Part shown: positions 51,922 to 64,000 of the stretch, one piece after another | Numbering within the stretch: the stretch's first letter is position 1 | How the letters are laid out: each line of letters begins with the position of its first letter | NCBI GenBank assembly: GCA_951406725.2 | Contig: OX597817.1 | Span: 25,358,001-25,422,000, forward strand | Direction of reading: 5' to 3' | From: Octopus vulgaris | Taxonomy: Eukaryota | DNA length: 64,000 bases | The notes under the pieces: model-generated | The model's input: only the letters and a program-made list of their open reading frames with translations | Database searches by the model: none | Told to the model about the DNA's origin: nothing | Position numbers and translations under genes: made by a program

Positions 51922-52430
51922 TTAACATTTGTTTTCCTTCAACTGTACTACTATTATGGAAGAAATGTAAAATAGTGAAAATAAAATAATCCCACCTAAA
52001 TCATTAATTTCATTAGAATGTTAAAATCATATCTACAGTTCTGAGATACCTCATTGCCTGTTTAGCATATGTCTTTCAACTAATCATATTTGTGTTCCAT
52101 ATAGCTGTATATACTGTTGACTATGTCCATAATAATTTGATTGGTGAACCAACAAGGGAGATCCTTGATAATTTTTTGATGCCTTAAATATAGCAGCTAA
52201 CTATCCTTCAAATCCCACCCTACTGTTTTAGAAAATGAAGGACATATTAGATAAGGTGATACTAGATATACAATTTCTAAAAGTTATGATGAAATCACTA
52301 TTTCATCAGCTTGATTAGAACTGATGAATGTGAAGACATTCCCTCATGGGAACTCTTCGTCATTTTGCAAGCTACAAGGTGACCATTGTAGTGCTAGTGC
52401 TATGAAATAACAATCAGTAGGTTTTCCCAA

Positions 52431-53205
52431 ACAGTTGAAGGAATCCGGAGTAGAGGTAGACCCAGGAAGAAATGGGATGAGGTGGTCGAGCATGACCTTT
52501 GAACGTTGGACCTCACAAAGGCAATGATGAAAGACCGAGACCTCTGGAGATATGCTGTGACTGTGAAGACCCGACAAATAACGTGAGTTCATGGCTGTTT
52601 CTTGCACCAGCTTCACATAGCAGCCCCAGCCCATCCAAAGTACCTTGGATTGCAGGATGGCCTGCTGTGCTTACCTTGGATTGTAGAGCAGTTTGCTTTG
52701 CTTGCGGAGATGTATTGAGTCAAGTACATCAACATCAAAATAAAAATCAAATGGAAATTGTTGTTGTGATACCCATGCCAGTGGCACATAAAAAGCACCA
52801 TCCAAACATGGTCGAGGCCTGCGCCGCTTGACTGGCATCCGTGTCGGTGGCATGTAAGAAGAACCATCCGAACGTGGTTGATGCCAGCGCTGCCTTGACT
52901 GGCTTCCATGTTGGTGGCATGTAAGAAGAACCAACTGATTGTGGCCATTGCCAGCCTCCCCTGGCACCTCTGCCAGTGGCATGTTAAAAGCACCTACTAC
53001 ACTCATGGAGTGGTTGGTGTTAGGAAGGGCATCCAGCAATAGAAACACTGCCAGATCAGACTGGAGCCTGGTGCAGCCTCCTGGCTTCCCAGACCCCAGT
53101 CAAACCGTCCAATTTATGCTAGCATGGAAAATGGATGTTAAACAATGATGATGATGATGGTGATGGTGATGGTGATGGTGATGGTGATGATGATGATGAT
53201 GATGA
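52431..53205 (+). mobile_element. 5'-truncated RTE LINE (ORF end, 3' UTR, GAT tail)
   Basis: TVEGIRSRGRPRKKWDEVVEHDL*TLDLTKAMMKDRDLWRYAV, then a UTR with tandem units and (GAT/GGT)n. Confidence 0.9.
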
Positions 53206-53570
53206 TTGGTAAATTGGATTGAGCACTGACGACCTAGAGCTTTTGACGTCACCCTTAATTTTTGCTGAAGGCAAGACAACCTTGATATTGATGATGCTAT
53301 GATGAAATGCATCCAGTACACTGTGGATGCATTTTATAGTCAGTGTAAGGAAGGGCCTCTAACCACAGAAACACTGCTTTGACCAAATCATACATTCATG
53401 TAACATTCATGTAAATGGCTTATTCAAATTCTTGTCTTATTGCAAGCCATTAGCCTTATTTAAATTTTCTAATATCATTACAACACAGCCCTTATTCAAA
53501 GTGAAAGTAAGAGCAAGAAAGCACTTTCCCATGTTACAGCTGTTTAAGAACACCAGTGAATAATCGCTCA

Positions 53571-53932
53571 TCTCTGTATATATAAAGCTGAAGTTGTCTG
53601 TGTGTGGCAGGTTTGGTAGCCTTCAACTAACACTATCTCCTCCGAGACCCTGCGGCGCAAGTTGACCAAAATTGAAAGTATGATAGAAGAAGGCTTTGGA
53701 CCATGTTTACACCAAAAATTATTTACATCAAAAAGGTGCATTTTTTTCTATGAAAATCCCTATATTTTACGATTTTTTGACTGCTGTGTTGCCATTTTTT
53801 TGGTGTATTTCAACCAGGAAAATGTTCCCCTAAAGAGAATAACAAGCAACATAATGCAAAATTTTTACTTTTCAAAAATTCCAATTCTAAAGGGTCGAAA
53901 CAAACCCGAGCAACGCTGGGCGATACTGCTAG
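53571..53932 (+). mobile_element. Non-autonomous Helitron
   Basis: A|TCTCTGTATATATAAA...CCCGAGCAACGCTGGG...CTGCTAG|T. Confidence 0.9.
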
Positions 53933-54160
53933 TGAAATGATAAATCAAGCTTTTAGCCATCAGTTAGATACTGAAAACTTCAGAGACCAAACAACCCTAT
54001 CTATTGGATAATTTGTAGAAAAGTTCAGATCAACTTTCTTATGGATATGTTTACCATGAACAAACCATGAAAAGTTTTCTTGGATTCCAGATTTTACCAA
54101 GTAATGCTATCTGTTTCTAACTTTGTGTTTGATTTTATAAATGAGGAAACTAATCAACAT

Positions 54161-54550
54161 AGGCATAGGAGTTGCTGTGTGGTAAGTAGCTTGTTTACCA
54201 ACCACCTGGCTCCGGGTTCAGTCCCACTGCGTGCCACCTTGGGCAAGCATCTTCTACTATAGCCTCAGGTCGACCAAAGCCTTGTGAGTTGATTTGGTTG
54301 ACGGAAAATGAAAGAAGCCTGTCGTATATATGTATATATATGTGTGTGTATATTTTGTCTCCCCAACATCGCTTGACAACCGATGCTGGTGTGTTTACGT
54401 CCCCGTAACTTAGCAGTTCAGCAAAATAGACCGATAGAATAAGTACTAAGCTTACAAAGAATAAGTCCTGGGGTCAATTTGCTAGACTAAAGGCAGTGAT
54501 CCAGCATAGCAACAGTCAAATGACTGAAACAAGTAAAAGAGTAAAGAGTA
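54161..54550 (+). mobile_element. SINE family B
   Basis: Full copy with several CpG-type changes. Confidence 0.9.
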
Positions 54551-55567
54551 TAAGGAAATTGTCGCTTACAAAAGCATTAATTTGTGCAGTGATGAAAACA
54601 ATTCGGGCAATTATCCAATGGAGTTCTAAAACAACTGTAACGTGGGGAAAGTGCTTCCTTACTCTTACTTTAACTGTGAATAAGGGCTGTGTTGTAATGA
54701 TATTGGAGAATTTACATAAGGTTAATGGCCTTGCAATAAGACAAGAATTTGAATACGCCATTTACATGAATGCATGATTGAAGGATACATTGTTACAGAA
54801 TGGAAAACCTGCCATTGTGCTAAGAATTAAACTGAGAGCTACTGCCACTCTTCTGCCATTTACTCTTAGGCTGTTACAGCTTCTACTTCAGTTAGCTTTT
54901 GCAATAATAGTCAAGAAATCTTAATTTCAATCATTGGATGAAAGAAAGAAAAGACTAACAATTGGTTTTCCTGCTTTCTCACTTTCATATCAATTAAAAC
55001 ACGTCTTCTCTTCCCAGCTCATTTATTTACATAATAAACAAGTGCAAATCACCCCGATATGAACTACTCGAAGCATTTCAGGAATAGTGTCGATATAATG
55101 AAATGTCACCAACATTGTATACTGTAGTTTTCTAGTAGTAAAATTTTCTTAAACTTTTGTTTCATTTAAATTCACAATTCAGGTCTGTGAACTTTGTAGA
55201 TATGTAGAGCAGTGAGAGAAATGTCAATTATGTTTGGTTTAAATAACCACATGAACGGCAAAGCACATTTGAGCAGAAAGAAAATTTTGTTCTCAGAAGA
55301 ATAAGGTGTAATGTACAAGAGAGATACCTGTGTTGGCACTGGTATGTAATGCATATGGATATTGATAACTAGGTCGAAAGATGAGAGGAAATCCACATGT
55401 AAGGAAAGTCCAGGAAAAGTCCAAGGATTGGCATGGGCTGAAGTATTGAAAGTCGAACCTCAATAAATGAGATACCTAACATATGCAGCATGCAATGGTG
55501 TGCAATGTTTGAAAGGACCCATTCAATGCAGATGTAAAATTGATGATGATGGTGATGATGATGGTAG

Positions 55568-55608
<41 letters not shown>

Positions 55609-55784
55609 GTGATGGTGATGATGACGACGACGATGACGACGACGATGATGATGATGAGGTGGTAGAGGAGGTGGTGGTAGCAATGGCAATCTGCAGGAAA
55701 AACAGAGTTGAAGGGAAAATCTTGAAAGTAAAGAGCAGTTGAAATGCTGAGATCTGATTCTTTATCAAGCCAACATGGTACTTT

Positions 55785-56150
55785 AATCCTCTGTTGGCAG
55801 CAAAAACATTCACTCCTTGATTGAAAAGCAGACTGTATGATACTTGTGTGTAAAGTATCACATCGCTTAATAATGAGACATGGATACTAAATGCAGAGGA
55901 TGTGCAAAAGCTGGAAAAAAATATGCTAAGCATATTCCATTGGATTTGTAATGTCTGCATGCTTGAATGATGTAATATAAGTCAACTGAGAGACAACATG
56001 GACATATGAGTAATACACATAAGGGAACAAAAGGTCTCTTATGGAAAGGATTTGCAATGAGTATGGAGAAGGGTGAAGTGATAAAATTAGAAATAGAAAT
56101 AGATTGCAGAAGTGGAAACCAGGAAAGATGTGAGATGTAGTAATTGTAAA
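55785..56150 (+). mobile_element. Old RTE LINE ORF fragment
   Basis: LKSRLYDTCV*S..NETWILNAEDVQKLEKNMLSIFHWICNV resembles the RTE motif KGRLY.ACV..GSETW..LER..LRW. Confidence 0.7.
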
Positions 56151-56717
56151 TGTTCTGGCTTACAACTTGCAAGATTAGTCAACTTAGTCTGCGGTTACAT
56201 TCCAGATAATCACTTTATATTGGTTTCTTTTAGTTGTCCAATATCTACAAAGCAAAAGCCATTCCTTGTTCCATTGCTGAAAGCCATAGACATTAGGTAC
56301 AGTTACAGTCACAGGGGTTCCTCATACGGTAAAGCATTGGCAATCTTCACTGTTGAAAAACATAGATTTATATTCAGAGTCAGTGAAACCTGGATAATGT
56401 TGTGTGGAAGAACCACAGCTGCCTATGCAGTAAGTCTTCCTTTTCGATATCAGTAAAGTTGTTCAAGAGAATGATAAGTATTGATACAGCTTGGCACTGC
56501 CATCATCAACCAAGTCGACAGAATGATGTTGAAGACCAGGCTGGATTACTTTAGAGACTCTGGCTATGATTTGTGGTTAATTAAATTAGTCCCAGGATTT
56601 GACTGTTAATTGTATATTTTATTGATGAAAGGAAGGCTGAAAGACTATGTTGTCTTCAATGAGATTTGAATGCAGATCATAAAGAACTAGAAAAAATACT
56701 GCAAAGAATTCTGTCTG

Positions 56718-56925
56718 ATACTCTTTACTCTTTTACTTGTTTCAGTCGTTTGACTGCGGCCATGTTGGAGCACCGCCTTTAGTCGAGCAAATCGACCCCA
56801 GGACTTATTCTTTGTAAACCTAGTACTTATTCTATCGGTCTCTTTTGCTGAACCGCTAAGTTACGGGGAGGTAAACACACCACCATCAGTTGTCAAGCGA
56901 TGTTGGGGAGACAAACACAGACACA

Positions 56926-56961
<36 letters not shown>

Positions 56962-57145
56962 TACATATATATATACATATACGAAGGGCTTCTTTCAGCT
57001 TCTGTGTACCAAATTCACTCTCAAGGCTTTGGTCGGCCCGAGGCTATAGTACAAGACACTTGCCCAAGATGCCACACAGTGGGACTGAACCTGGAACCAT
57101 GTAGTTAGTAAGCAAGCTACTTACCACACAGCCACTCCTGCACCT
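56718..57145 (-). mobile_element. SINE family B
   Basis: Matches 6001-6401. Confidence 0.9.
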
Positions 57146-57842
57146 TATGACAATCATAATTTTGTCATCAACAGTTCTATAATGATTCTGCTACCAACTT
57201 TATTGTCATCATCAACAACAACAAGTATTATAAAAGTATCAAGAAGAAAGAAAGAAATAGCAGGGAAAGAAAGATAGACGTATAGGATGGCAGTAACTTT
57301 CCAGTTACGATTTCCTAAGTCATATGGAATGACGGCAATCATTTAGAAGACATTTATTGAATACATATCATTAATGAAACAATCAGAATATATACCATTA
57401 TCCTGTGCAATATGATGAAGCTTGTAAGTTAAGAATTATGCAATGCCGCTCAAAATTCTTAGACATCTGCTGAAAGTCAAGTTTCACAGTTTAACAATGT
57501 CTCCATCTTAACATTTATGTTAATATGTTTATATAAAATTAAACTTTAAACTTATAAAAGTAACGAGGCTGTGTGGTAAGAAGTTTGCTAGGTACGGTTG
57601 TTGTAGGGGTGTAGTATGAAGTTTGCTTCCTAAGAACATAGATCCAGGTTCAGTCCCACTCTACGGCGCCTTGGTCAAATGTCTTCTACTATAGCCCCCA
57701 CAGGCTGGCGAAATCTCTGCGAGTGGATTTGGGGGAGGGAAACTGACAAAAGGTCATCGTACATAAATACAAATGAGTGTGTGTGTGTATGTGCGTCTGT
57801 GTGTGTGTGTGTGTGTGTGTGTGTATACATATATATATATAT

Positions 57843-58068
57843 AGGCGAGCTGGCAGACACGTTAGCATGCCAGGCGAAATGCTTAGCGGTATGTCGTCTG
57901 TCGTTACGTTCTGAGTTCAAATTCCGCCGTGGTCGACTTGCCTTTCATCCTTTTGGGGTCAATAAATAAAGTACCAGTTTCGCACTGGGGACTATGTAAT
58001 TGACTTAATCCGTTTGTCTGTCCTTGTTTGTCCCCTCTGTGTTTAGCCCCTTGTGGGCAATAAAGAAA
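57843..58068 (+). mobile_element. SINE family A (preceded by a degenerate family B head at about 57566-57770)
   Basis: Matches 4950-5182. Confidence 0.9.
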
Positions 58069-58163
58069 TGTATATATACACACACACACATATATATACA
58101 TATGTATATGATTCTGTATGCATGTATATGTAGATGAAAATAAACATATTGTGTTCAAAATTT

Positions 58164-58246
58164 ATCACACCTATTTTGGTAGAATTTTATTCAATGTAGT
58201 CATAAAAGATTACATCCTAATATAAAATGCATCCTCATCAGGTGAA
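58164..58246 (-). ncRNA. Degenerate hammerhead
   Basis: TCAC-CTGATGA-GG..ATTTTAT..ATGTA.TC/GACTACAT..ATAAAAT..CC-AAAA(G12 lost)-TAGG-T-GTGA. Confidence 0.45.
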
Positions 58247-58363
58247 ACGAAGTTCAATACCAACTGAAATTATTGTTTATCTAGTTGTAGGGTAATCTGT
58301 AAAAGAAAAATTTCCTTAATGAAACTGATCAAATATTGTTTGGCATGGCCATGCAAAAAAGCT

Positions 58364-58914
58364 TCATTTCCATCGGTGAGAACAAATATTTTTTGCTGCT
58401 TTCATTACTGAAGAAGCCCATTTGAATTCATTCAGCAGGCAATGTCTGACATAAATCTCATCTAAAGTCACCTTAAAAAGATAAGATTGATATGAATTTA
58501 ATATGTTGTAAAGTAATCTGTAAGGAAAGAAAAATATTAGGATATACAAATTAATGTTTATTTTTGGGTATGTCTTGAAAATGTGGGGGTGCATGGCTTA
58601 GTGGTTAGGGTGTCAGCATCATGATCGTAAGATTGTGGTTTCGATTCCTGGACCGGGCGACGCATTGTATTCTTGTGCAAAACACTTCATTTCACGTTGC
58701 TCCAGTCCACTCAGCTGGCAAAAATGAGTAACGCTGCGATGGACTGGTGTCCCATCCAGATGGGGAACACATATACCATTGAAACCAGGAAGCCAGGCCC
58801 ATGAGCCTGGTTAGGTTTTAAAAGGGTGCATTTATTTTTTTTATTATGTCTTGAAAACGTACCCTCAAAGTGATCATGTCAAGAATGTTACAGAACTTTC
58901 TTTCCAACCTAATA
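58364..58914 (-). mobile_element. Mariner 5' end remnant interrupted by a SINE
   Basis: TIR TATTAGGTTGGAAAGAAAGTTC; YVRHCLLNEFKWASSVMKAAKNIC resembles the mariner N-terminal HTH. Confidence 0.7.
58585..58844 (+). mobile_element. SINE family C
   Basis: 16-bp TSD TATGTCTTGAAAA(T/C)GT at 58569-58584 and 58845-58860. Confidence 0.92.
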
Positions 58915-59025
58915 TATGAGCAATATTGAACACTATTTACATCTAAATCCAAACTGAAGTTAGAAAAATGAACAAGCTTGTAGTGATACTTGAACTACAA
59001 AGATTTCTCTTGATTTAGTGTTCAT

Positions 59026-59197
59026 AGGCGCAGGAGTGGCTGTGTGGTAAGTAGCTTGCTAACCAACCACATGGTTCCGGGTTCAGTCCCATTGCGTGGC
59101 ATCTTGGGCAAGTGTCTTCTGCTATAGCCTCGGGCCGACCAAAGCCTTTTGAGTGAATTTGGTAGACGGAAACTGAAAGAAGCCCGTTGTATATATG

Positions 59198-59230
<33 letters not shown>

Positions 59231-59447
59231 ATGTGTTTGTGTGTCTGTGTTTGTCTCCCTAGCATTGCTTGACAATCGATGCTGGTGTGTTTACGTCCCC
59301 GTCACTTAGCGGTTCGGCTAAAGAGACCGATAAAATAAGTACTGGGCTTACAAAGAATAAGTCCCGGGGTTGATTTGCTCGACTAAAGGTGGTGCTCCAG
59401 CATGGCCACACTCAAATGACTGAAACAAGTAAAAGAGTAAAAGAGTA
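59026..59447 (+). mobile_element. SINE family B, full length
   Basis: GGCGCAGGAGTGGCTGTGTGG head through the AAGAGTAAAAGAGT tail. Confidence 0.92.
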
Positions 59448-61676
59448 TATCAAATGCAGACAAAAATGCCGTTATATATGTATTATAATTTTGTCTCACT
59501 AGTATATTTCTGGGCTTAAAATCTGATAAGTCTTCCGGCTTTCATTCTGCTAAAATTGATAAAATACGTAACAGTAATATATTTTAACATGGGTATATAT
59601 TAAATTTAATTCTGTTAACTCTACCTTTTCCTTTCCAAATTTACCGTGTACTGAGGAAGGAAATAATATTTATGGTAAGATATGGCTTCATATTGTGTTA
59701 ACAATTATTTCGTTTAAGCATGTTGAGGCATATTACTGGATATGTTTCAGAATAAATACCATGATGCAATATAGCTATTAAATATCATGGCATACAGATA
59801 TTAGGAATGACATTGAATATTATTGTATATTAACTCTGAGCAGAAATGATGTTGATGTTTAACGCTGGCACTATGCAACAGATTTCTTGAAAGAGTACAG
59901 CTGATTGAATTGGCCAGCAGTACTTCATTAGTACTTTATTATATTGATTCTTGAATAAGGAAAAACAAACTTCACCTCAGAATAAATAGTATGTAGAATG
60001 TAAATACAGTAAAACATTTCATGTAAGACTATTGATTCTGCCATCGCTGTGGTGTAATATTAAGTAACAGCGATGAAGATATCAAATTAAAAACGAAGAC
60101 TTAATATTGAATATTAAGTATTTGGTGCTAAACAACATGTTAAATATTGTTAGGTATGATATTATTTTCAACTAAAGAGTGAATATGCATATATAATTAC
60201 TAAATAACAAGTAGAGTAGATTATCTACCTAAGAAATATTTAATACTATATTAGTAATTTGGAATCCTGTAATAAAATCCAGATATTTTTATCGTCTAAC
60301 AGAATTAGCAGTTTCCTTTCTTTTTCGCTTCTATGGGTTTCTCTTTTATTTTTGCTCATTTCTTTTTATGTCTTGCATGTACCATTTAAATTGCATAATG
60401 ATAATACTGATCGTCAATACCATCACTATTAGGATAATTACAATTACCATAACAAGAAAAACAACAACAATAACTGCAGTAAAGAAAAAGAAATAAATGC
60501 TAACTAATAAATTGTTGAACATCACATCAAAAGTGAAACTTGCTTGTCTTCTGAAACTGTGTGCCAAAACTTTTAGCAGAAAAGTCGTTTGGGGAAAAAT
60601 AAAAGACTGGATCTAAATAAGTGAGCAATTCACTTCCAGCAAATTGAGGATGAAAGGAAGTATGAAATGGTAACCACTGGGTATTTCTTAGCATGAAACA
60701 AAAGAAGAAAATAAATAAAAATAGAACTAAAATAATCATTTCATGCTTTAAGGGTATTAAGTGAGTTTAAATGCCCGTTAGGATTAATTGGCTTTTCATG
60801 TTGAACAGCAGTTTTGGAATTGCTTTATCATTTCAACATTACATTCTTTGCACATAAATCTTTTTTATTCTTTTCATTTCGTTAGTTTGTCTGCTAACAT
60901 AGGAATATTCATTCCGAGATGATGAATTCATGATCATATAATGTGCTGTTTTGTCTTCTGGCATGTTTGCATGTGTGTTTGTGCATTTACATGCATGTTC
61001 AAATTAGAGTGAGAATGTATTTTGATAATGCAGTGTAATCATCAATATTTGTTTCCTGCAAAATTCTTACACAGTCACATAGAAATATATTATTAATTGA
61101 AATCAACTACACACACACATACACACACACTCACACACACACACATATTACATACTCAAACACACTCACGTACATACATCCACAGACACACACATATGCA
61201 TATACACATACATATCTATATACACCCAGACGTAGACATAAATATTATGTGAAGAGTCTTTTTAGATGTCAAGCACATGTTCAATTTGTAATGATATCAC
61301 AAATCAAAATCTCATTACTAGAAAAAGAAATGTTAAAGCTGGTATAGATCAACATTAATATTTATTTATTTGAATTCATTTATAATTAAATAAAAATAAA
61401 TCATTCTCTATTTTAAGTTACATTATTCAAATATCTCACACGTCATATCTTCCTCAGCTTCACTCCTTTATCCATGATTATGATCAACAGCATCGCTATC
61501 GCCATCCCCCATTTTCAACATGATCATTGACAGCATCACCAGTAACCACCAACCTCCACTTTCAGATTGGCACCATTGTCCTCTCCAACATGTATTTCAG
61601 TCAATTCAATTCATTCATATAGCTTCAATTTCAGTATCATAATCAGCATCGTCTTTTTCATCATCGCCAAAATCAT

Positions 61677-61720
<44 letters not shown>

Positions 61721-61761
61721 TGATGATGATGATGATAATAATAATAATAATAATAATAATA

Positions 61762-62454
61762 GTGAGTTTAGTTTAATGGCCTACCAATGTATACTATGAG
61801 TTTCTTTGCCCTAGGAGTCGGGAAGACACTCGGCAAGAAATGGAAGCAAATTTGAAAGAAGAAGAAAAACCCATAAATAATAATAATAATAATAATAATG
61901 CCTTGATGCAGTACCAGGCAGTGGCTCTCGTGGCTTCTGATCTTAACTGATTGGAAGTGTTATAATGTTCATTGTTTTGTCTTGGTATAAAAGATAGGCT
62001 ACAGCAAATATTCTGCTCAATACCACAGATTTGCTTGTCAGTTGTTTGACCTTAACCAGTTGAGCATGTCCCTTAGTGACTGACGATATGTGCATCTCTG
62101 ATCACGAGCAGAAGTAGTGGGGGAGCATCATAGCCATGTGTTGAGAGGGATTCTTTGTGGTTTGAATAATTCACCTTTGGAAACATGGGTGTTTCGTTCA
62201 ACATTCTTAAACAACACTTATTCAGGGACCGTTTGAGCGGGATGGGTTACTCAACCTGAAGAAAATTCTAACTGGGCCGCACCTGCAAGGTCATGTGCTA
62301 TTTATCTTGATATGTGATCACCATGTCGCGCACATATAGTTGTGATGCATGTGCCTAGTGTACCCTTATCAGACAGGTAGTCATGATGGGTATACTAGGC
62401 TTCGTATATTTTACCCCAGTGTCACTTTGATGGCATGCACTGCTCTCTTACTTG

Positions 62455-62545
<91 letters not shown>

Positions 62546-62555
62546 TAATAATAAT
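61762..62555 (+). mobile_element. Two non-coding elements each ending in (TAA)n (61762-61897 and 61898-62555), probably Dong-related
   Basis: Complex-sequence blocks embedded between pure TAA arrays, next to a Dong-like RT; family assignment is inferred. Confidence 0.55.
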
Positions 62556-63660
62556 CATACCATTACCACTAACACTGATTCTGAGGAAAGCAAAGGCTGG
62601 GTATGTATTCAAGAGCCACCAACAAAAAGTTAACCACTTGTTATTTATGGATGACCTCAAACTTTATGGTGAAGATGAAGCCCAAGTCAGTTCCCTCGTT
62701 GATATGATGTATACCTTCAGTGCTGATATCAGAATGGAGTAAGGACTGAAAAAGTGTGATGTATTATTCTTGAAGAGAGGCAAAATTAAACGTATGGACA
62801 TGCTAGTGATACCATCGGGGGGTGGGGGTTATGAAGCAAATAGAAGAGATGGGCTATAAGTACTTGAGGAGATTGGAAATAGATAAATTGATGGAGAAAC
62901 AAACGGCAAAAAAATATGGTGGAGTACTTGCACAGGCTAAGACTGATTTGGGCGGTTTCACTCCTGAGATATGGAGCAGGGGTAATCGCATGGATAGTAG
63001 ACAAACTAAACAGCTTAGAGAGAAAGACAAGGAAGTTGCTGACTAGACATAGCATACTCCACCCAATATGTGACATAGACAGACTGTATGTACCAAGTAA
63101 AAGAGGGGGAAGAGGACTGATTGGATGTGAACACAGCATTAGAGCAGAAGAAAACAACATAGCATGGTAAGTAAAAAATGCCACAAATCCACTATTATTA
63201 GAAGTGAAGAGGTCAGACTTGTGTAGGATGGAAGATTGCAAAGATAAAGCACTGTACAAGCACTTAAGAATGAATGAAATTGAAACTAGGTGGATAAAGA
63301 AAAGAATGCATGGACAATTTCATTAAGATGTTGAAAATAAAACAGACAGAGAACAAAAGATGGCTATGGATGATTAAAAGTAATCTAAAACCGGAAACAT
63401 AAGCTCCAATTTGTGCTGCCCAAGAGCATGCATTAAGAACCAATTACATCAAATACTAGACATCACATCAGAAAGTGATAAGTGCAGAATTTGCCGGCAA
63501 ATAATGAAACCGTATGGCATATTACCAGTCAATGTACACCACTAGCACAGAAAGAACATAAGAGACATCATAACAACATAGCAAATATTGTTCATTGGAC
63601 AGTTTGCAACAAGTATGGACTTAACAGCAAAAACAGTGGTACAAACATAAATCCAAAGCA
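62556..63660 (+). mobile_element. Dong/R4-clade non-LTR retrotransposon fragment (RT end plus CCHC finger)
   Basis: VNHLLFMDDLKLYG, YKYL, RLYVPSKRGGRGL, MHGQF, ICAAQEHALRTNYIK, DKCRIC..ETVWHITSQC; stops and frameshifts; starts in a TAA array. Confidence 0.9.
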
Positions 63661-63939
63661 TTATGTGAGAGTTTTGAAGGGATCGTAGGAGGAAGAGACG
63701 CAGCTTGGTGAATTGAGCATATTCCCCAGGTCTGTAAATAGGTTCAGCAGATGGTGAGAAGGAGATCAAACAATGGGGCTTCGCATCCAATCAGGGAACA
63801 AACAAAGCAAGCATCAAACCCTTGCAGTCAGCAGAGATCAAATATGTTTACTAGTACTAATGATCAGTGAGAGCACTGATTTTGGCCTTGGAAACAACCA
63901 ATTCATCTTGATCTGTTTTGATTACTTATAGAAAAATTA

Positions 63940-63998
<59 letters not shown>

Positions 63999-64000
63999 GG

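Larger units (their letters stand above)
53386..54779. repeat. About 180-bp inverted repeats (53386-53568 and 54607-54779) enclosing a Helitron and a SINE
   Basis: CATTCATGTAAATGGC, TATTCAAATTCTTGTCTTATTGCAAG and ATATCATTACAACACAGCCCTTATTCA match in reverse complement. Confidence 0.88.

Noticed and set aside
19758-59760. Other CTGANGA hits (19758, 25124, 32688, 41474, 52321, 59652)
   Set aside because: No correctly placed GAAA/UH with supporting stems.

Overview
AT-rich, microsatellite-dense eukaryotic DNA with no intact protein-coding gene that I can support. The repeat content (several tRNA-headed SINE families, RTE and Dong/R4 LINE remnants, mariner and maT transposons, small Helitrons, Penelope-like elements) suggests an octopus or other coleoid cephalopod genome; this is an inference from repeat style, not a database result. 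Almost all listed ORFs are translations of simple repeats or dead transposons. The signal the ORF track misses is RNA structure: about 14 minimal type I hammerhead ribozyme (HHR) motifs, intact or decayed, many with the palindromic stem III typical of Penelope pseudo-LTRs (pLTRs). They include one with a compensatory G3-C8 core (45315-45365) and a tandem, retrozyme-like pair (18615-19022). Penelope-derived sequence repeatedly occurs as tail-out inverted (foldback) structures (24.9-28.4, 28.9-31.0, 48.2-48.8 kb). Other oddities are a SINE flanked by a 141-bp direct repeat, a SINE inserted into its own family, stacked TAA-targeting elements, and a CpG-depletion boundary near 35-40 kb. All alignments and folds were done by eye, so edges are approximate.
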